IMG/VR virus record: IMGVR_UViG_3300020045_001809
Coordinates: 1-36,702 of that record
Source: a virus
Taxonomy: Duplodnaviria > Caudoviricetes
Length of the DNA stretch: 36,702 nt
Direction: 5' to 3' (one strand)
Shown here one piece after another: positions 15,942 through 25,601 of this stretch; position 1 is the first letter of the stretch, and the number at the start of each line of letters is the position of its first letter. A program made the translations under genes and the position numbers. The notes beneath the pieces were generated by a model, which was given only the letters and a program-made list of their open reading frames with translations, was not told the DNA's origin and searched no databases.

Positions 15942-16070
15942 ATGGGACCATGTGATCACATCAAATTGGTGGCCTATATAGGTTTTGCCATTTGGTTTTT
16001 GGCCGGATATTCTTTGGGGAAATCAAAAAAATCAAAAAACAAAAACAAACAACAACATGAAAACACATGA
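15942..16070 (+). CDS. 42-aa single-TM micro-protein
   Basis: Hand-translated MGPCDHIKLVAYIGFAIWFLAGYSLGKSKKSK..; fills the gap. Confidence 0.5.
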   Translation: MGPCDHIKLVAYIGFAIWFLAGYSLGKSKKSKNKNKQQHENT

Positions 16071-16353
16071 TTTGAAAATCCTTCCGATGTATTTTGAACG
16101 GGTGCAATCCGGACAAAAAAAATTTGAAGTCCGGCAAAATGACCGGGATTTCCAAACCGGGGACACCGTGGAATTGGCGGAATGGGATCCGGATCAAAAG
16201 GTGTTCACCGGCCGGAACGTAATTGGTGAAATTGAATATCTTTTGCCGGATTATGTGGCCGGGATTTCGCCCGGGTTTTGCGTGTTTGGGTTCCGGGTGG
16301 TGGATGGTAAGGCGTCATATTTCAATGATTACAAATTCCCTGCAAACACATAA
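16057..16353 (+). CDS. ASCH/PUA-like (DUF3850) protein
   Basis: HDLKILPMYFERVQSGQKKFEVRQNDRDFQTGD signature. Confidence 0.9.
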   Translation: MKTHDLKILPMYFERVQSGQKKFEVRQNDRDFQTGDTVELAEWDPDQKVFTGRNVIGEIEYLLPDYVAGISPGFCVFGFRVVDGKASYFNDYKFPANT

Positions 16354-16379
16354 ATTTGAACCACTAAAAACCAACAACC

Positions 16380-16892
16380 ATGGAAATCAATCTTCAAAAC
16401 CTGAATGCCGCCACCGGATCAAAAGGGATTCTTTTGTCATTCATGCCCATTCAGGACCCGTCAATGTGTTATTTGCTTTATTTGGAGCGGAAGTACATCC
16501 AACAACAAGATCCACAGGAATTGGAAGGAAAATCCGGTTTGTGGTCACAGGCATTGGGATGGTTCAATCCGGCCGGACGGGCGTTTTGGGATGAACGCCA
16601 AACATCCATTGGACCCACCATTCAATGTTTTGTCAACATGTTGAACAATGCGTTGATTGCGGATGGTTCAAAATATCAGGCGTGTGTTGCCATTTATAAA
16701 AAGATCAGGACCGGGGAAACGTCCGGATCAATGGAATTGGTTGGATATTCACAAAATTTCATTGTGACGGCCCCCAATTTGTATCCAACACCATCACAGG
16801 ACACTACCACATCCACACCGGTGTCACCAACACCAACCACGGAGCCGGTGACAACCACCACCGTGAAGCCGGGAAAAGGTGGCAAAAAGTAA
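16380..16892 (+). CDS. Hypothetical protein with Thr/Pro-rich, basic C-terminal tail
   Basis: 170 aa; preceded by TAAATTTG box at 16351-16358. Confidence 0.7.
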   Translation: MEINLQNLNAATGSKGILLSFMPIQDPSMCYLLYLERKYIQQQDPQELEGKSGLWSQALGWFNPAGRAFWDERQTSIGPTIQCFVNMLNNALIADGSKYQACVAIYKKIRTGETSGSMELVGYSQNFIVTAPNLYPTPSQDTTTSTPVSPTPTTEPVTTTTVKPGKGGKK

Positions 16893-17070
16893 AAGGCCAA
16901 AGCGGATTGATGACCCGGTGAAACAAATCCGGGTTGTCAACCGTTTTTGTGATGACATTCAATCGGATTTGGCAAATGATGATCAGGTGTCATTCACGGA
17001 TTTTCACATCCAATTTCTGAACATTGAATTCATGCGTGAATATTTCATTGACCTAATTTTGACCAAATGA
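16879..17070 (+). CDS. Hypothetical protein
   Basis: GTG start, ATGA overlap with next gene. Confidence 0.55.
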   Translation: MAKSKRPKRIDDPVKQIRVVNRFCDDIQSDLANDDQVSFTDFHIQFLNIEFMREYFIDLILTK

Positions 17071-17453
17071 GTATCAAACGGAAATTTGTCCGACAATTTG
17101 AACGGGATGTTGCCCGGATCAACATGGAATTTTGGACGGTGGTGATGGCTTTTCAGGAATCTTTGTTTGGCCATGATTGGGACAAACCCGGAATGGATTC
17201 ATTCCCCGTGTTTGAAAAATACAACGGGGCGTGGATGGAATTTTGCAAAAAGTGGAATTCCGAAAATGTCCGGGCCGGGAAGGCGGATCCAATGGCTTTT
17301 CATAGATTTGCCATTGATGACACCATTCCTGTGGTGACCATCCCGGAACAAACCCAAGTTCACAAAGGGGAAAATGAAGAAAAAACCGGGGACAACGGAA
17401 GTCCCGAAAAAATCCAAAGCGAAATCCACAACGTCCACCAAATTACAGGTTGA
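17067..17453 (+). CDS. Hypothetical protein
   Basis: 128-aa ORF. Confidence 0.7.
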   Translation: MSIKRKFVRQFERDVARINMEFWTVVMAFQESLFGHDWDKPGMDSFPVFEKYNGAWMEFCKKWNSENVRAGKADPMAFHRFAIDDTIPVVTIPEQTQVHKGENEEKTGDNGSPEKIQSEIHNVHQITG

Positions 17454-17934
17454 CGAAAAACGGCAAATTGCCGCCCGGATCTTTGAACTTTATCAGGACG
17501 GGAAATTCACCATTGAATCATGTTGTAAGGAATGCGGAATTGCACCCCGTACATTGTCCAATTGGTGTTTGGATGATGCCGAAATTGCGGCCGGATATAA
17601 AAAGGCAAAGGAAGAATCCGGCAAAATGGGCCGGGAATGGTTACGGGAAAAGGCGTTGGATTCCCTTCAAAAACTGATCACCGGTTTTTGGATAGAGGAA
17701 CCGGAAACCGAAACCGAAACCACGGAAATCAAAAACCGTCACGGGGTTGTGACCCAAACAATCACCCGGACAAAATCACGGACGAAAAAACGCTACATCC
17801 AACCAAACCCAACGGCCATCATCTTCACATTGAAAAACAGGGATCCGGAACATTGGAATGTGGCGGAACCAACCGGTCCGGTGGATGAGGTAGAACAGGT
17901 GTTCAAAGTAGGGGATCAGATCATCAAATTTTAA
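17374..17934 (+). CDS. terS: Terminase small subunit
   Basis: N-terminal HTH, PNPTAIIFTLKNRDPEHW motif, upstream of TerL. Confidence 0.85.
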   Translation: MKKKPGTTEVPKKSKAKSTTSTKLQVDEKRQIAARIFELYQDGKFTIESCCKECGIAPRTLSNWCLDDAEIAAGYKKAKEESGKMGREWLREKALDSLQKLITGFWIEEPETETETTEIKNRHGVVTQTITRTKSRTKKRYIQPNPTAIIFTLKNRDPEHWNVAEPTGPVDEVEQVFKVGDQIIKF

Positions 17935-17977
17935 CAATATGATGATTCCGTCATTGCCTGATAAAAAACAAACAACC

Positions 17978-18268
17978 ATGAGAAAAGGAATGTTGATTGC
18001 GTTGGCGGCCGGGATGGCGGCCATGGGAGCCGGTTCCGGAACCGGAATGGGTTTTGGTGACGCCCCTGAACCATTGAAGATTGACCCGGAAGCGGAATTG
18101 AAGCGGATCCAAAAAAATAAAGAACGGGCAAAGGTGAAATCAGGTTTGACACCGTTCATTTTTTCAAACGGGGACATCCGACATTGTTTGAATATGAAAT
18201 CCGCAATGAAAAAGGCGGAAAAAATGGGTTGCCGTGTAATTGGTGAAAAGATCAATGAACAATATTGA
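17978..18268 (+). CDS. Hypothetical protein between terS and terL
   Basis: ATG 17978 after A/C leader; Ala/Gly/Met-rich N-terminus. Confidence 0.65.
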   Translation: MRKGMLIALAAGMAAMGAGSGTGMGFGDAPEPLKIDPEAELKRIQKNKERAKVKSGLTPFIFSNGDIRHCLNMKSAMKKAEKMGCRVIGEKINEQY

Positions 18269-19571
18269 CCAACCCACCATTCAACGGGTTTCATTTGAAC
18301 CACATCCCAAACAACGGGAATTTGTGGAAGCGGTTTTCAGTTTCAAACACCGGTTTTTGTTGTTTGGTGGGGCGGCCGGTGGTGGGAAATCCTTTGTGTC
18401 ATTGGCAATCCTGATCATGTTGGCCAAAATATTCCCGGGATCCAAATCACATGTTGTCCGGGAATCCCTTCCGACATTGAAACGGACAACCATCCCGTCA
18501 TTTTTCAAATTGTGTCCAAAAAAGTTCATAAAAAATTACAACCAATCTGATCAGGTGGTGACGTTCACCAATGGATCCACCCTGTCATTTTTCCCGGAAA
18601 ACTACGTTCAGGACAAAAATTTGACCCGGTTTGATGGATTGGAAACCAACTTTTTTTTGATTGAAGAAGGTCAGGAATGTCAGGAAAAAACATTTGAAAA
18701 ATGCAAATTGAGGGCCGGACGCCACATCATCCCGGGATTGGAACATCAACCCAAACCCATGATTTTGGTGACGTGTAATCCATCACAGAATTGGACAAAA
18801 AAGGTGTTCCATGAACCGGCCAAAAATGGGACATTGGGTGATCAGTATTTTTATCTCCAATCATTGATGAAGGATAACCCATCATTGACGGAAGAATATT
18901 TGGAAGGGTTGGAAAATATTGATGAAGTGACCCGGGCCATTTTCGTTGATGGTGATTGGGATGTGGTGGATGTGGGGCGTCCCTATGCCTATTCATTCCG
19001 GAAAAACAAACACGTCCGGCCGGATCTTCAAATCAACAAAAATGAACCCATCATTTTGTCATTTGATTTCAACGTGGATCCAATTACATGCATTGCCGGA
19101 CAAAGCTATGGAAACACCATCCGTATTTTGAAGGAATTCAGATTGACCAATTCCGACATTTTCCAATTGTGTCAACATGTCCGTTCCACCTTTGGGGATC
19201 AGTTTTTCATCATCACCGGGGATGCGTCCGGCCAAAACCGTTCCGCCATGACGTCCGGGGCGTTGAACTATTACCGGATCATCCAAAAGGAATTGGATTT
19301 GCCAAAAAGTGCATTCAAGGTGCCAACATTCAACCCGGGGGCGAAAAACGCCCGTGTGTTGATGAATTCCGTGTTGGAACGCCATGGTGATTTCCTGATT
19401 GATGCATCATGTTTGTGGACCATCAATGATTTGCAATTTGTGGAAGTGGATGAAGCCGGGGAAATGAAAAAGGACCGAACCAATGAAAACAAAAAGGCGG
19501 ATTTATTGGATTGCCTGAAATATTACCTTTGGACGTTCCATTCCACGTTCATCAAATTTATCACCAAATAA
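18255..19571 (+). CDS. terL: Terminase large subunit
   Basis: PHPKQ, Walker A GGAAGGGKS, Walker B FLIEE, motif III TCNP, nuclease SFDFN and DLLDCLKY. Confidence 0.97.
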   Translation: MNNIDQPTIQRVSFEPHPKQREFVEAVFSFKHRFLLFGGAAGGGKSFVSLAILIMLAKIFPGSKSHVVRESLPTLKRTTIPSFFKLCPKKFIKNYNQSDQVVTFTNGSTLSFFPENYVQDKNLTRFDGLETNFFLIEEGQECQEKTFEKCKLRAGRHIIPGLEHQPKPMILVTCNPSQNWTKKVFHEPAKNGTLGDQYFYLQSLMKDNPSLTEEYLEGLENIDEVTRAIFVDGDWDVVDVGRPYAYSFRKNKHVRPDLQINKNEPIILSFDFNVDPITCIAGQSYGNTIRILKEFRLTNSDIFQLCQHVRSTFGDQFFIITGDASGQNRSAMTSGALNYYRIIQKELDLPKSAFKVPTFNPGAKNARVLMNSVLERHGDFLIDASCLWTINDLQFVEVDEAGEMKKDRTNENKKADLLDCLKYYLWTFHSTFIKFITK

Positions 19572-19582
19572 CAACAACAACC

Positions 19583-19840
19583 ATGAAACAATATCATCCG
19601 GAAGCGGAAAAATTCAGGGACGCCATTGGAAAATTGCCGGACATCAAAAAAGAGGTGGAGCCAAACCAAATTGATTTGAATCAAATTGATAGTTCCATAA
19701 AGGAAGGGAAATGGTTGATGGCGGCCGTTTCAATAATCACAACCACATCGCACCGTGACAAAACACCAATGGAGGTGATGGGGATTGTTGATAGGCTATC
19801 AAAGAAAATGTTTGGTGAAAAGGAGGTTGAAAATGTTTGA
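19583..19840 (+). CDS. Hypothetical protein
   Basis: ATG 19583 after CAACAAC leader. Confidence 0.65.
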   Translation: MKQYHPEAEKFRDAIGKLPDIKKEVEPNQIDLNQIDSSIKEGKWLMAAVSIITTTSHRDKTPMEVMGIVDRLSKKMFGEKEVENV

Positions 19841-20417
19841 TTTCCTGAAAAAAAAGAAGCCAACCCCGGTGAAATCCCGGATCCCATTGGTCAAAATTTA
19901 CACGGACAAATTTGGGAATGATTGGTTCCAATATGAATCACCTTTGCAGATTCCGGCAAAACGGGCCATTGCGGCCGAAGTGGCCACCCGGTATGCCGAA
20001 ATGAAATTGACCCGGGATGAATTGTTGATCCTGATCCGCCACATGAAGGAATTGGGAAACAAAGGGAATTTCATTGACGTTTTCGCCATCCTGAATGAAA
20101 TTGAATTCCGGGCGGAAACATTGGCAGAGGAAAACACATTGTTGGAATTAGCCATGTCTTATTTCGTCATTGCCGGTGAAGATGAAACGGACATTGACAA
20201 AATGGCCAACCAACGGAAAATGGATGTTTTCAATCAGGACGGGGACGCCCGTGGTTTTTTTTTGGAAAAGTCGTTCCAATTCACAACGGACTATTCCAAT
20301 ATGTCGGACACCGTTATCCACGATTATTTGAAGAAACACCGGGTGGAAGGGCAAAAATTAGATCACATTTTGCAACGGTTGAAATCGGGAAGTACATTGA
20401 CGAAATCAACTACCTGA
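19833..20417 (+). CDS. Tail assembly chaperone (gpG-like)
   Basis: Directly upstream of tape measure; contains T9 slippery run. Confidence 0.7.
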   Translation: MFDFLKKKKPTPVKSRIPLVKIYTDKFGNDWFQYESPLQIPAKRAIAAEVATRYAEMKLTRDELLILIRHMKELGNKGNFIDVFAILNEIEFRAETLAEENTLLELAMSYFVIAGEDETDIDKMANQRKMDVFNQDGDARGFFLEKSFQFTTDYSNMSDTVIHDYLKKHRVEGQKLDHILQRLKSGSTLTKSTT

Positions 20418-20605
20418 ATCAACTGATTTGTGATTCCAAACCGTCCGAAATGGCGGCCATGGAACGGTTGGGGGTGGATGAGTACTATCAAACCATCAAC
20501 ACATGGTTGAAGATCCGGGAGGAAATGAGCCGGACAACGGAAAATTTGCGAAATTCGGACGGTGAAACAGGATCCGGGGCGTCCCGGAAACGGTTGACAT
20601 CCTAA
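20255..20605 (+). CDS. -1 frameshifted extension of tail chaperone (gpGT-like)
   Basis: T TTT TTT at 20255-20261; -1 frame open to TAA 20603-20605 (..YIDEINYLNQLICDSKPSEMAAMERLGVDEYYQTINTWLK..). Confidence 0.7.
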   Translation, partial: FFFGKVVPIHNGLFQYVGHRYPRLFEETPGGRAKIRSHFATVEIGKYIDEINYLNQLICDSKPSEMAAMERLGVDEYYQTINTWLKIREEMSRTTENLRNSDGETGSGASRKRLTS

Positions 20606-20616
20606 AAACCGAAACC

Positions 20617-23600
20617 ATGGCCGTCAAAAACGTATTATTCCGGATCAATGCCGACACATCCGGGGCAAAAAAGGGGTTGAACGAAATTGAAAAGGAAATC
20701 AATGACGTTGATAAAGCCGCCAAAAACACCGGGAAAACCATGTCCGGGTTTGGTGGGACTTTGGCCAATGCGGCCGCCACATTTACCGGCATTGCCGTAG
20801 GATCCGCCATCACGGCATTGGGTGTGGATTCCATCAAAGCGGCCGCAGATTTTGAACAACTGAACATTTCGTTTGAAACATTTTTGGGTTCCGCTGAACA
20901 GGGAAAAAAGGTGTTGGAAGATCTTCAAAAATTTTCCGGGGCCACACCGTTCACCGGGAAGGAAGTTCAAACGGCCGGCAAAGCCTTGTTGGCATTCGGC
21001 ATTGATGCGGAAAACCTGATCCCGACATTGACACGAATTGGGGACATTTCGGCCGGAACCGGAAAAAATTTCAATGAATTAGCCATCATTTATGGCAAAG
21101 CAAGAACACAGGGAACATTGTTTGCAGAAGATATAAACCAATTGACGGAAGCCGGGATCCCAATCATTGGGGAATTTGCCAAACAATTTGGTGTGGCGGA
21201 ATCACAGGTGAAAAAATTGGGTTCAGAAGGGAAAATCAGTTTCGCCAATTTGGAAAAGGCGTTCCAATCATTGACGTCACAGGGCGGAAAATTTGCCGGG
21301 TTGACGGAAAAATTGTCCCAATCCACGTCCGGACGTTTTTCCACATTGGTGGACAATTTTGACCAATTGAAAATTTCCATTGGAACCGGGTTGTTGCCGG
21401 TGGCGGAATCTCTGATTGATACGTTCACCGGGTTCATTGATGCCATCCGGAACATCCCCACATTTGTGGAGGAAAACCGGACGGCTCTGTCATTATTGGC
21501 CGGGGTGTTGACAACCTATGTGGCGTCATTGGCGGCAAATAACGCCATCACATTGGTTTCAATTTTGCGTCAAAAGGCATTGGGGGGCGAATTTGGAATC
21601 ACGGCCATCCGCCAAAGATTGGCCACGGCCGCCCAAAAGGCAGACACCACGGCCAAACGGATTGGGGCGGTGGCCACAGAGGGGGCAACCATAGCGGTTC
21701 AGGGGTTCAATGCCGCCCTGAATGCCAATCTAATTGGGTTGGTCATTGGTGCATTGACAACTCTCTATTTGCTTTTCGGGGATTTCGGGGATGAAGTGGA
21801 TGACACCACGGAAAAGGTGGAAAAGTTCATTGACGCCAACACGGCCGTGGGGAATTTTGCGAAGGATTTCCAAAAAAATGTGAATGAGGAATCCGGGGCG
21901 TTGAACAAATTGGTGGCGGATCTGAAAAAGACAACGGCCGGATCAAAGGAACGCCAAACCATCATTGACCAAATCAATTCCAAATACGGCACCACCCTGA
22001 AAAATTTGAAGGATGAAACGGAATTTGTGAAACAATTGGATGGCCAATATCAAAAGGCCATTCAGTCCATTAAGGAAAAGGCCATTTTGCAAGCCGGTGA
22101 AGATAAATTGGTCAAATTATATCAGGAACAATTCCGTGTCACACAACAATTGAATGACGCATTGGCGGAAAGGGATGAAATCCAAAAAAAGATCACAACC
22201 CAATTTCAGGACACCAATGTTCAACCATTGATTGATCAGGCGTTGTCCATTAATGATGTGAAGGTGGCGGCCGCCAAAAAGGAATTGGCCGACATTGACA
22301 CGGCATTGAAAAAAATTGAGGCCATTTACAAAAAGATCACACCGGCCACCACGAATGAAGATGAAAACACCCCGGCCGGTGATCCTGAAAAGATCAAAGC
22401 CACGGCCAAATTGTTGTTGGATCTGTCAAAGGAATTGGAAAAACTACGGGCGGAAAATGACATCAAACCAATTGAATTGATTGACCCGGAAAACGTGGAT
22501 CAGTCCATTGCACAATTGGAAAAATTGAAACAGGCCCAAAAGGATCAAATTGATGCATCCATCAATGAACGGATCCGTGAAGCCAAAGCGGCAAAAATTT
22601 TGACCACGGAAGTGGAATCCCAATTGGAGCAAATCCGGAATGAACAAAAAATTGGAACCGAAATTGAATTCCAAAACAAAATCAATTCCATCCGCAAACA
22701 GGCGGCCATTGATGATGCCAACACGTTGAACGAAATTGATCAATTGGCATTGGAAAAACGGTTGTTTGAAACCGAAACGGCCAACGGGAAAATTGAATCC
22801 GCCATGGCAGATTTGCAAGACCGGTTGGCCAAAGCCACCACGGAAAAGGCCCGTGAAGCCATCCGGGCGGAATTTGCGGCAAAGATTGATGAGATCCGCA
22901 AAGGATACAAAGCGGAAGAAGCCATCAGGATTCAACAAATTGAATTGGCCCGGGATCAGGAATTGGCCAACGTGAATTTGACGGCCAATGAACGGAAGTT
23001 GATCATTCAAACGGCCGAATTGGAAATCCTGAAAGTGAAAAAGGATTATCAGGACAAAAATGTTGAATTGAACAAACAGGGGAATGAAACCGTCACCAAA
23101 AATGATGAGGAAACCCAAAAGGCCATCATTGAAGGGGTGAAGGAAGTGACAAAGGAAACCATTGATTTGATCAATTCCGTGAATGCCGCCCGGATTGCGG
23201 AAGCGGATCAGGCCATTTCAGTTCAGGAACAACGGATTGAAAAGGCCCGGGAAATTGCAGACAAAGGGAATGCCGAAATTTTGCAATTGGAAGAAGAAAG
23301 GTTGACCAAATTGAATGAACAACGGGCCAAATATGTCCGTCAACAACAGGCATTAGGATTGATTGAAATGGTGACCAATTCAACGGTGGCCATTTCCAAA
23401 GCGGCCGCAGAAGGTGGGGCGGCCGCCCCGTTCACCATTGCATCCACATTGATTGCATTGGCGGCCGGGTTCATTGATGCCAAAGCACAGGCACAGGCGG
23501 CCGGGGGTTTTGCGGAAGGTGGTTTCACCGGCCATGGCGGCAAATATGAACCGGCCGGGGTGGTTCACCGGGGTGAATTTGTTTTCAATCAGGAAAAAAC

Positions 23601-23841
23601 CCAAAAGTTCCGTCCAATATTTGAAGCCATCCACAAAGGGCGTGATCCGTTCATTGCATCCGGCATGGCCGAAAAAATTGTGGTGATCAACAATTCCGGA
23701 ATGGATGAAAAATTGACCCGGATTGAAAAGGCAATCAGGGATCAAAAGGGTTTTGAATTGTCAATTTCGGAACGTGGGATCCACGGGATGGTTTCCAATT
23801 TACAATGGAAGGATTCCCGGATCCGTAACAAATCAAAGTGA
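20617..23841 (+). CDS. Tape measure protein
   Basis: 1074 aa, tape-measure N-terminal domain (TPFT, EDINQLTEAGIP), coiled coil, C-terminal GFAEGGFTG..PAGVVHRGEFV. Confidence 0.95.
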   Translation: MAVKNVLFRINADTSGAKKGLNEIEKEINDVDKAAKNTGKTMSGFGGTLANAAATFTGIAVGSAITALGVDSIKAAADFEQLNISFETFLGSAEQGKKVLEDLQKFSGATPFTGKEVQTAGKALLAFGIDAENLIPTLTRIGDISAGTGKNFNELAIIYGKARTQGTLFAEDINQLTEAGIPIIGEFAKQFGVAESQVKKLGSEGKISFANLEKAFQSLTSQGGKFAGLTEKLSQSTSGRFSTLVDNFDQLKISIGTGLLPVAESLIDTFTGFIDAIRNIPTFVEENRTALSLLAGVLTTYVASLAANNAITLVSILRQKALGGEFGITAIRQRLATAAQKADTTAKRIGAVATEGATIAVQGFNAALNANLIGLVIGALTTLYLLFGDFGDEVDDTTEKVEKFIDANTAVGNFAKDFQKNVNEESGALNKLVADLKKTTAGSKERQTIIDQINSKYGTTLKNLKDETEFVKQLDGQYQKAIQSIKEKAILQAGEDKLVKLYQEQFRVTQQLNDALAERDEIQKKITTQFQDTNVQPLIDQALSINDVKVAAAKKELADIDTALKKIEAIYKKITPATTNEDENTPAGDPEKIKATAKLLLDLSKELEKLRAENDIKPIELIDPENVDQSIAQLEKLKQAQKDQIDASINERIREAKAAKILTTEVESQLEQIRNEQKIGTEIEFQNKINSIRKQAAIDDANTLNEIDQLALEKRLFETETANGKIESAMADLQDRLAKATTEKAREAIRAEFAAKIDEIRKGYKAEEAIRIQQIELARDQELANVNLTANERKLIIQTAELEILKVKKDYQDKNVELNKQGNETVTKNDEETQKAIIEGVKEVTKETIDLINSVNAARIAEADQAISVQEQRIEKAREIADKGNAEILQLEEERLTKLNEQRAKYVRQQQALGLIEMVTNSTVAISKAAAEGGAAAPFTIASTLIALAAGFIDAKAQAQAAGGFAEGGFTGHGGKYEPAGVVHRGEFVFNQEKTQKFRPIFEAIHKGRDPFIASGMAEKIVVINNSGMDEKLTRIEKAIRDQKGFELSISERGIHGMVSNLQWKDSRIRNKSK

Positions 23842-25589
23842 TGGCAACAACAATGAAAATTGAATTGAACGGGACGTTGATCACGGGAAGGATTGACGGA
23901 ACGGATCAATTCCAAATAACAATCAGGCGGAAGGATGATGACGGATCCATGGCCAAATCCTTTTCATCTGAATTGACATTCTATGATGACGGATACAACA
24001 TTTTAAAAACCCAATTGATTGATGATCCCATTGGGTTCACCAAAACGGTGGCGGTGAAGGTGTGGGATTCATGTTGTGAAACCCCGTTTGAATTTGTCAT
24101 CAAAGGGGATGGAATTGATTGGTGTGAACCGGGATGTTTCATCACGGCCAATTTGATTGAGGAAGCCCCGGAAATCAATTGTGTCCGTTCCACCATGTTA
24201 TGGGACAACCACAACGGGTTTTTGGGACGCCAATTCATTCCCATCCGTTATTGTATTGAAATGAAACCGGAATTCATTCAATACGTTTTGACCTTTTTGA
24301 CATTTATCATGAATTTGATTTTCACGGCCATCCTGATTCCGTTGATTGCCGTGATTTTGGTCATCTTTTCAATCATTTATGCCGTTTGCTCCGTCATTTC
24401 CCTGATTTGTTCCATCCCTTTGATTGGATGCACCCCACCAAATTGCAATTCCGGATTCACCAACCCCACGGTGGTGATCAATAACATCATTCAGGCATTG
24501 GCGGAAATCAATGAATCCATTGTCCCATGTGGCCGGTTCCACCCATCACCATACATCCGGGATTACATCACCAACGTGTGTCAAAAATGTGGATTGACGT
24601 TTCAATCATCCATCCTGAATGACCCGTCATCACCCTATTTCAACACCGTGATGGTGGCGGCCCAAATCAAAAAGGGGCGGAAGAAAAATGACGGGGATTT
24701 CACGTTGATTGGTGACAACAAGCCGGTGGAAACATTGGCCACATTGTTGGATGATTATTTGAAACCGGTGTTCAACGGGGATTATCGGATCACCGGGGGC
24801 GTGTTGATTTTTGAACGGAAGGATTGGTTTCAAACCACCGTGAATTGGATTGACACGGAACAATTGTTGAACAACCATGACATCATTGACAATGCCATTT
24901 GTTATTCATGGCAGGACCGGGAACGGTATGCATATGGCCGGTTCCAATACCAACCGGACGCCATGGATTACATTGGAAATGAAGCCAAATCACGGTGGAA
25001 TGACATTGTGGAATGGAATGTCCCCTATTCACCGGGGCAATCCGGGGAAAAGTCCGTCCAATTGCCAATTTCACCGGCACGGTTCAGGGGTGACGGGATT
25101 GACACGGACATTTTCACGTTTTTCAAAAATGCATTGGGGGGCGTGATCAACACCATTTTTTTTGGGGCGTTTTCCAATTATGACCGGGCGTTATTGATCA
25201 ACCAACACACGTTTTTCAACTATAAATTTCTGATATACAACCCGGGATCCGGAAGTGACGGGGAGGTGGTGAATTATTTTGATGATGCATACACGGGCGG
25301 CCCGGTGGCCGGGGATCCGGATGAACGGTTCAATTATCCATTTTGGTTTGTGGAAGGCCATCCCGGGAATCTCTATTCCAATTTCCATTTCATTGATGAT
25401 CCACGTTTGCCGGGATCCACACAATTTGATTTCAAATTTGAATTCCGTTTTGTGTGTGACCAATTGGATTCATTTGATTTTGGGAAAACCGTCAAATTGA
25501 TAAAGGGCGGAACATACGTCAACGGGGTGGTTCAGGAAATGAAAATTGATTTTTCCAACCGGACCATCACCATCAATGGATTTGTTTGA
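23841..25589 (+). CDS. Tail tip/hub protein with internal hydrophobic segment
   Basis: TGATG-coupled to tape measure; 15 Cys; about 50-aa uncharged stretch. Confidence 0.65.
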   Translation: MATTMKIELNGTLITGRIDGTDQFQITIRRKDDDGSMAKSFSSELTFYDDGYNILKTQLIDDPIGFTKTVAVKVWDSCCETPFEFVIKGDGIDWCEPGCFITANLIEEAPEINCVRSTMLWDNHNGFLGRQFIPIRYCIEMKPEFIQYVLTFLTFIMNLIFTAILIPLIAVILVIFSIIYAVCSVISLICSIPLIGCTPPNCNSGFTNPTVVINNIIQALAEINESIVPCGRFHPSPYIRDYITNVCQKCGLTFQSSILNDPSSPYFNTVMVAAQIKKGRKKNDGDFTLIGDNKPVETLATLLDDYLKPVFNGDYRITGGVLIFERKDWFQTTVNWIDTEQLLNNHDIIDNAICYSWQDRERYAYGRFQYQPDAMDYIGNEAKSRWNDIVEWNVPYSPGQSGEKSVQLPISPARFRGDGIDTDIFTFFKNALGGVINTIFFGAFSNYDRALLINQHTFFNYKFLIYNPGSGSDGEVVNYFDDAYTGGPVAGDPDERFNYPFWFVEGHPGNLYSNFHFIDDPRLPGSTQFDFKFEFRFVCDQLDSFDFGKTVKLIKGGTYVNGVVQEMKIDFSNRTITINGFV

Positions 25590-25601
25590 TAAATTTGAAC
25601 T

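Noticed and set aside
25590-25601. TAAATTTGAAC box before the 974-aa tail gene (same 11-mer as 16351)
   Set aside because: The box ends only 4 nt before the ATG and has no well-spaced -33 element; it could be a leaderless promoter but cannot be distinguished from chance.
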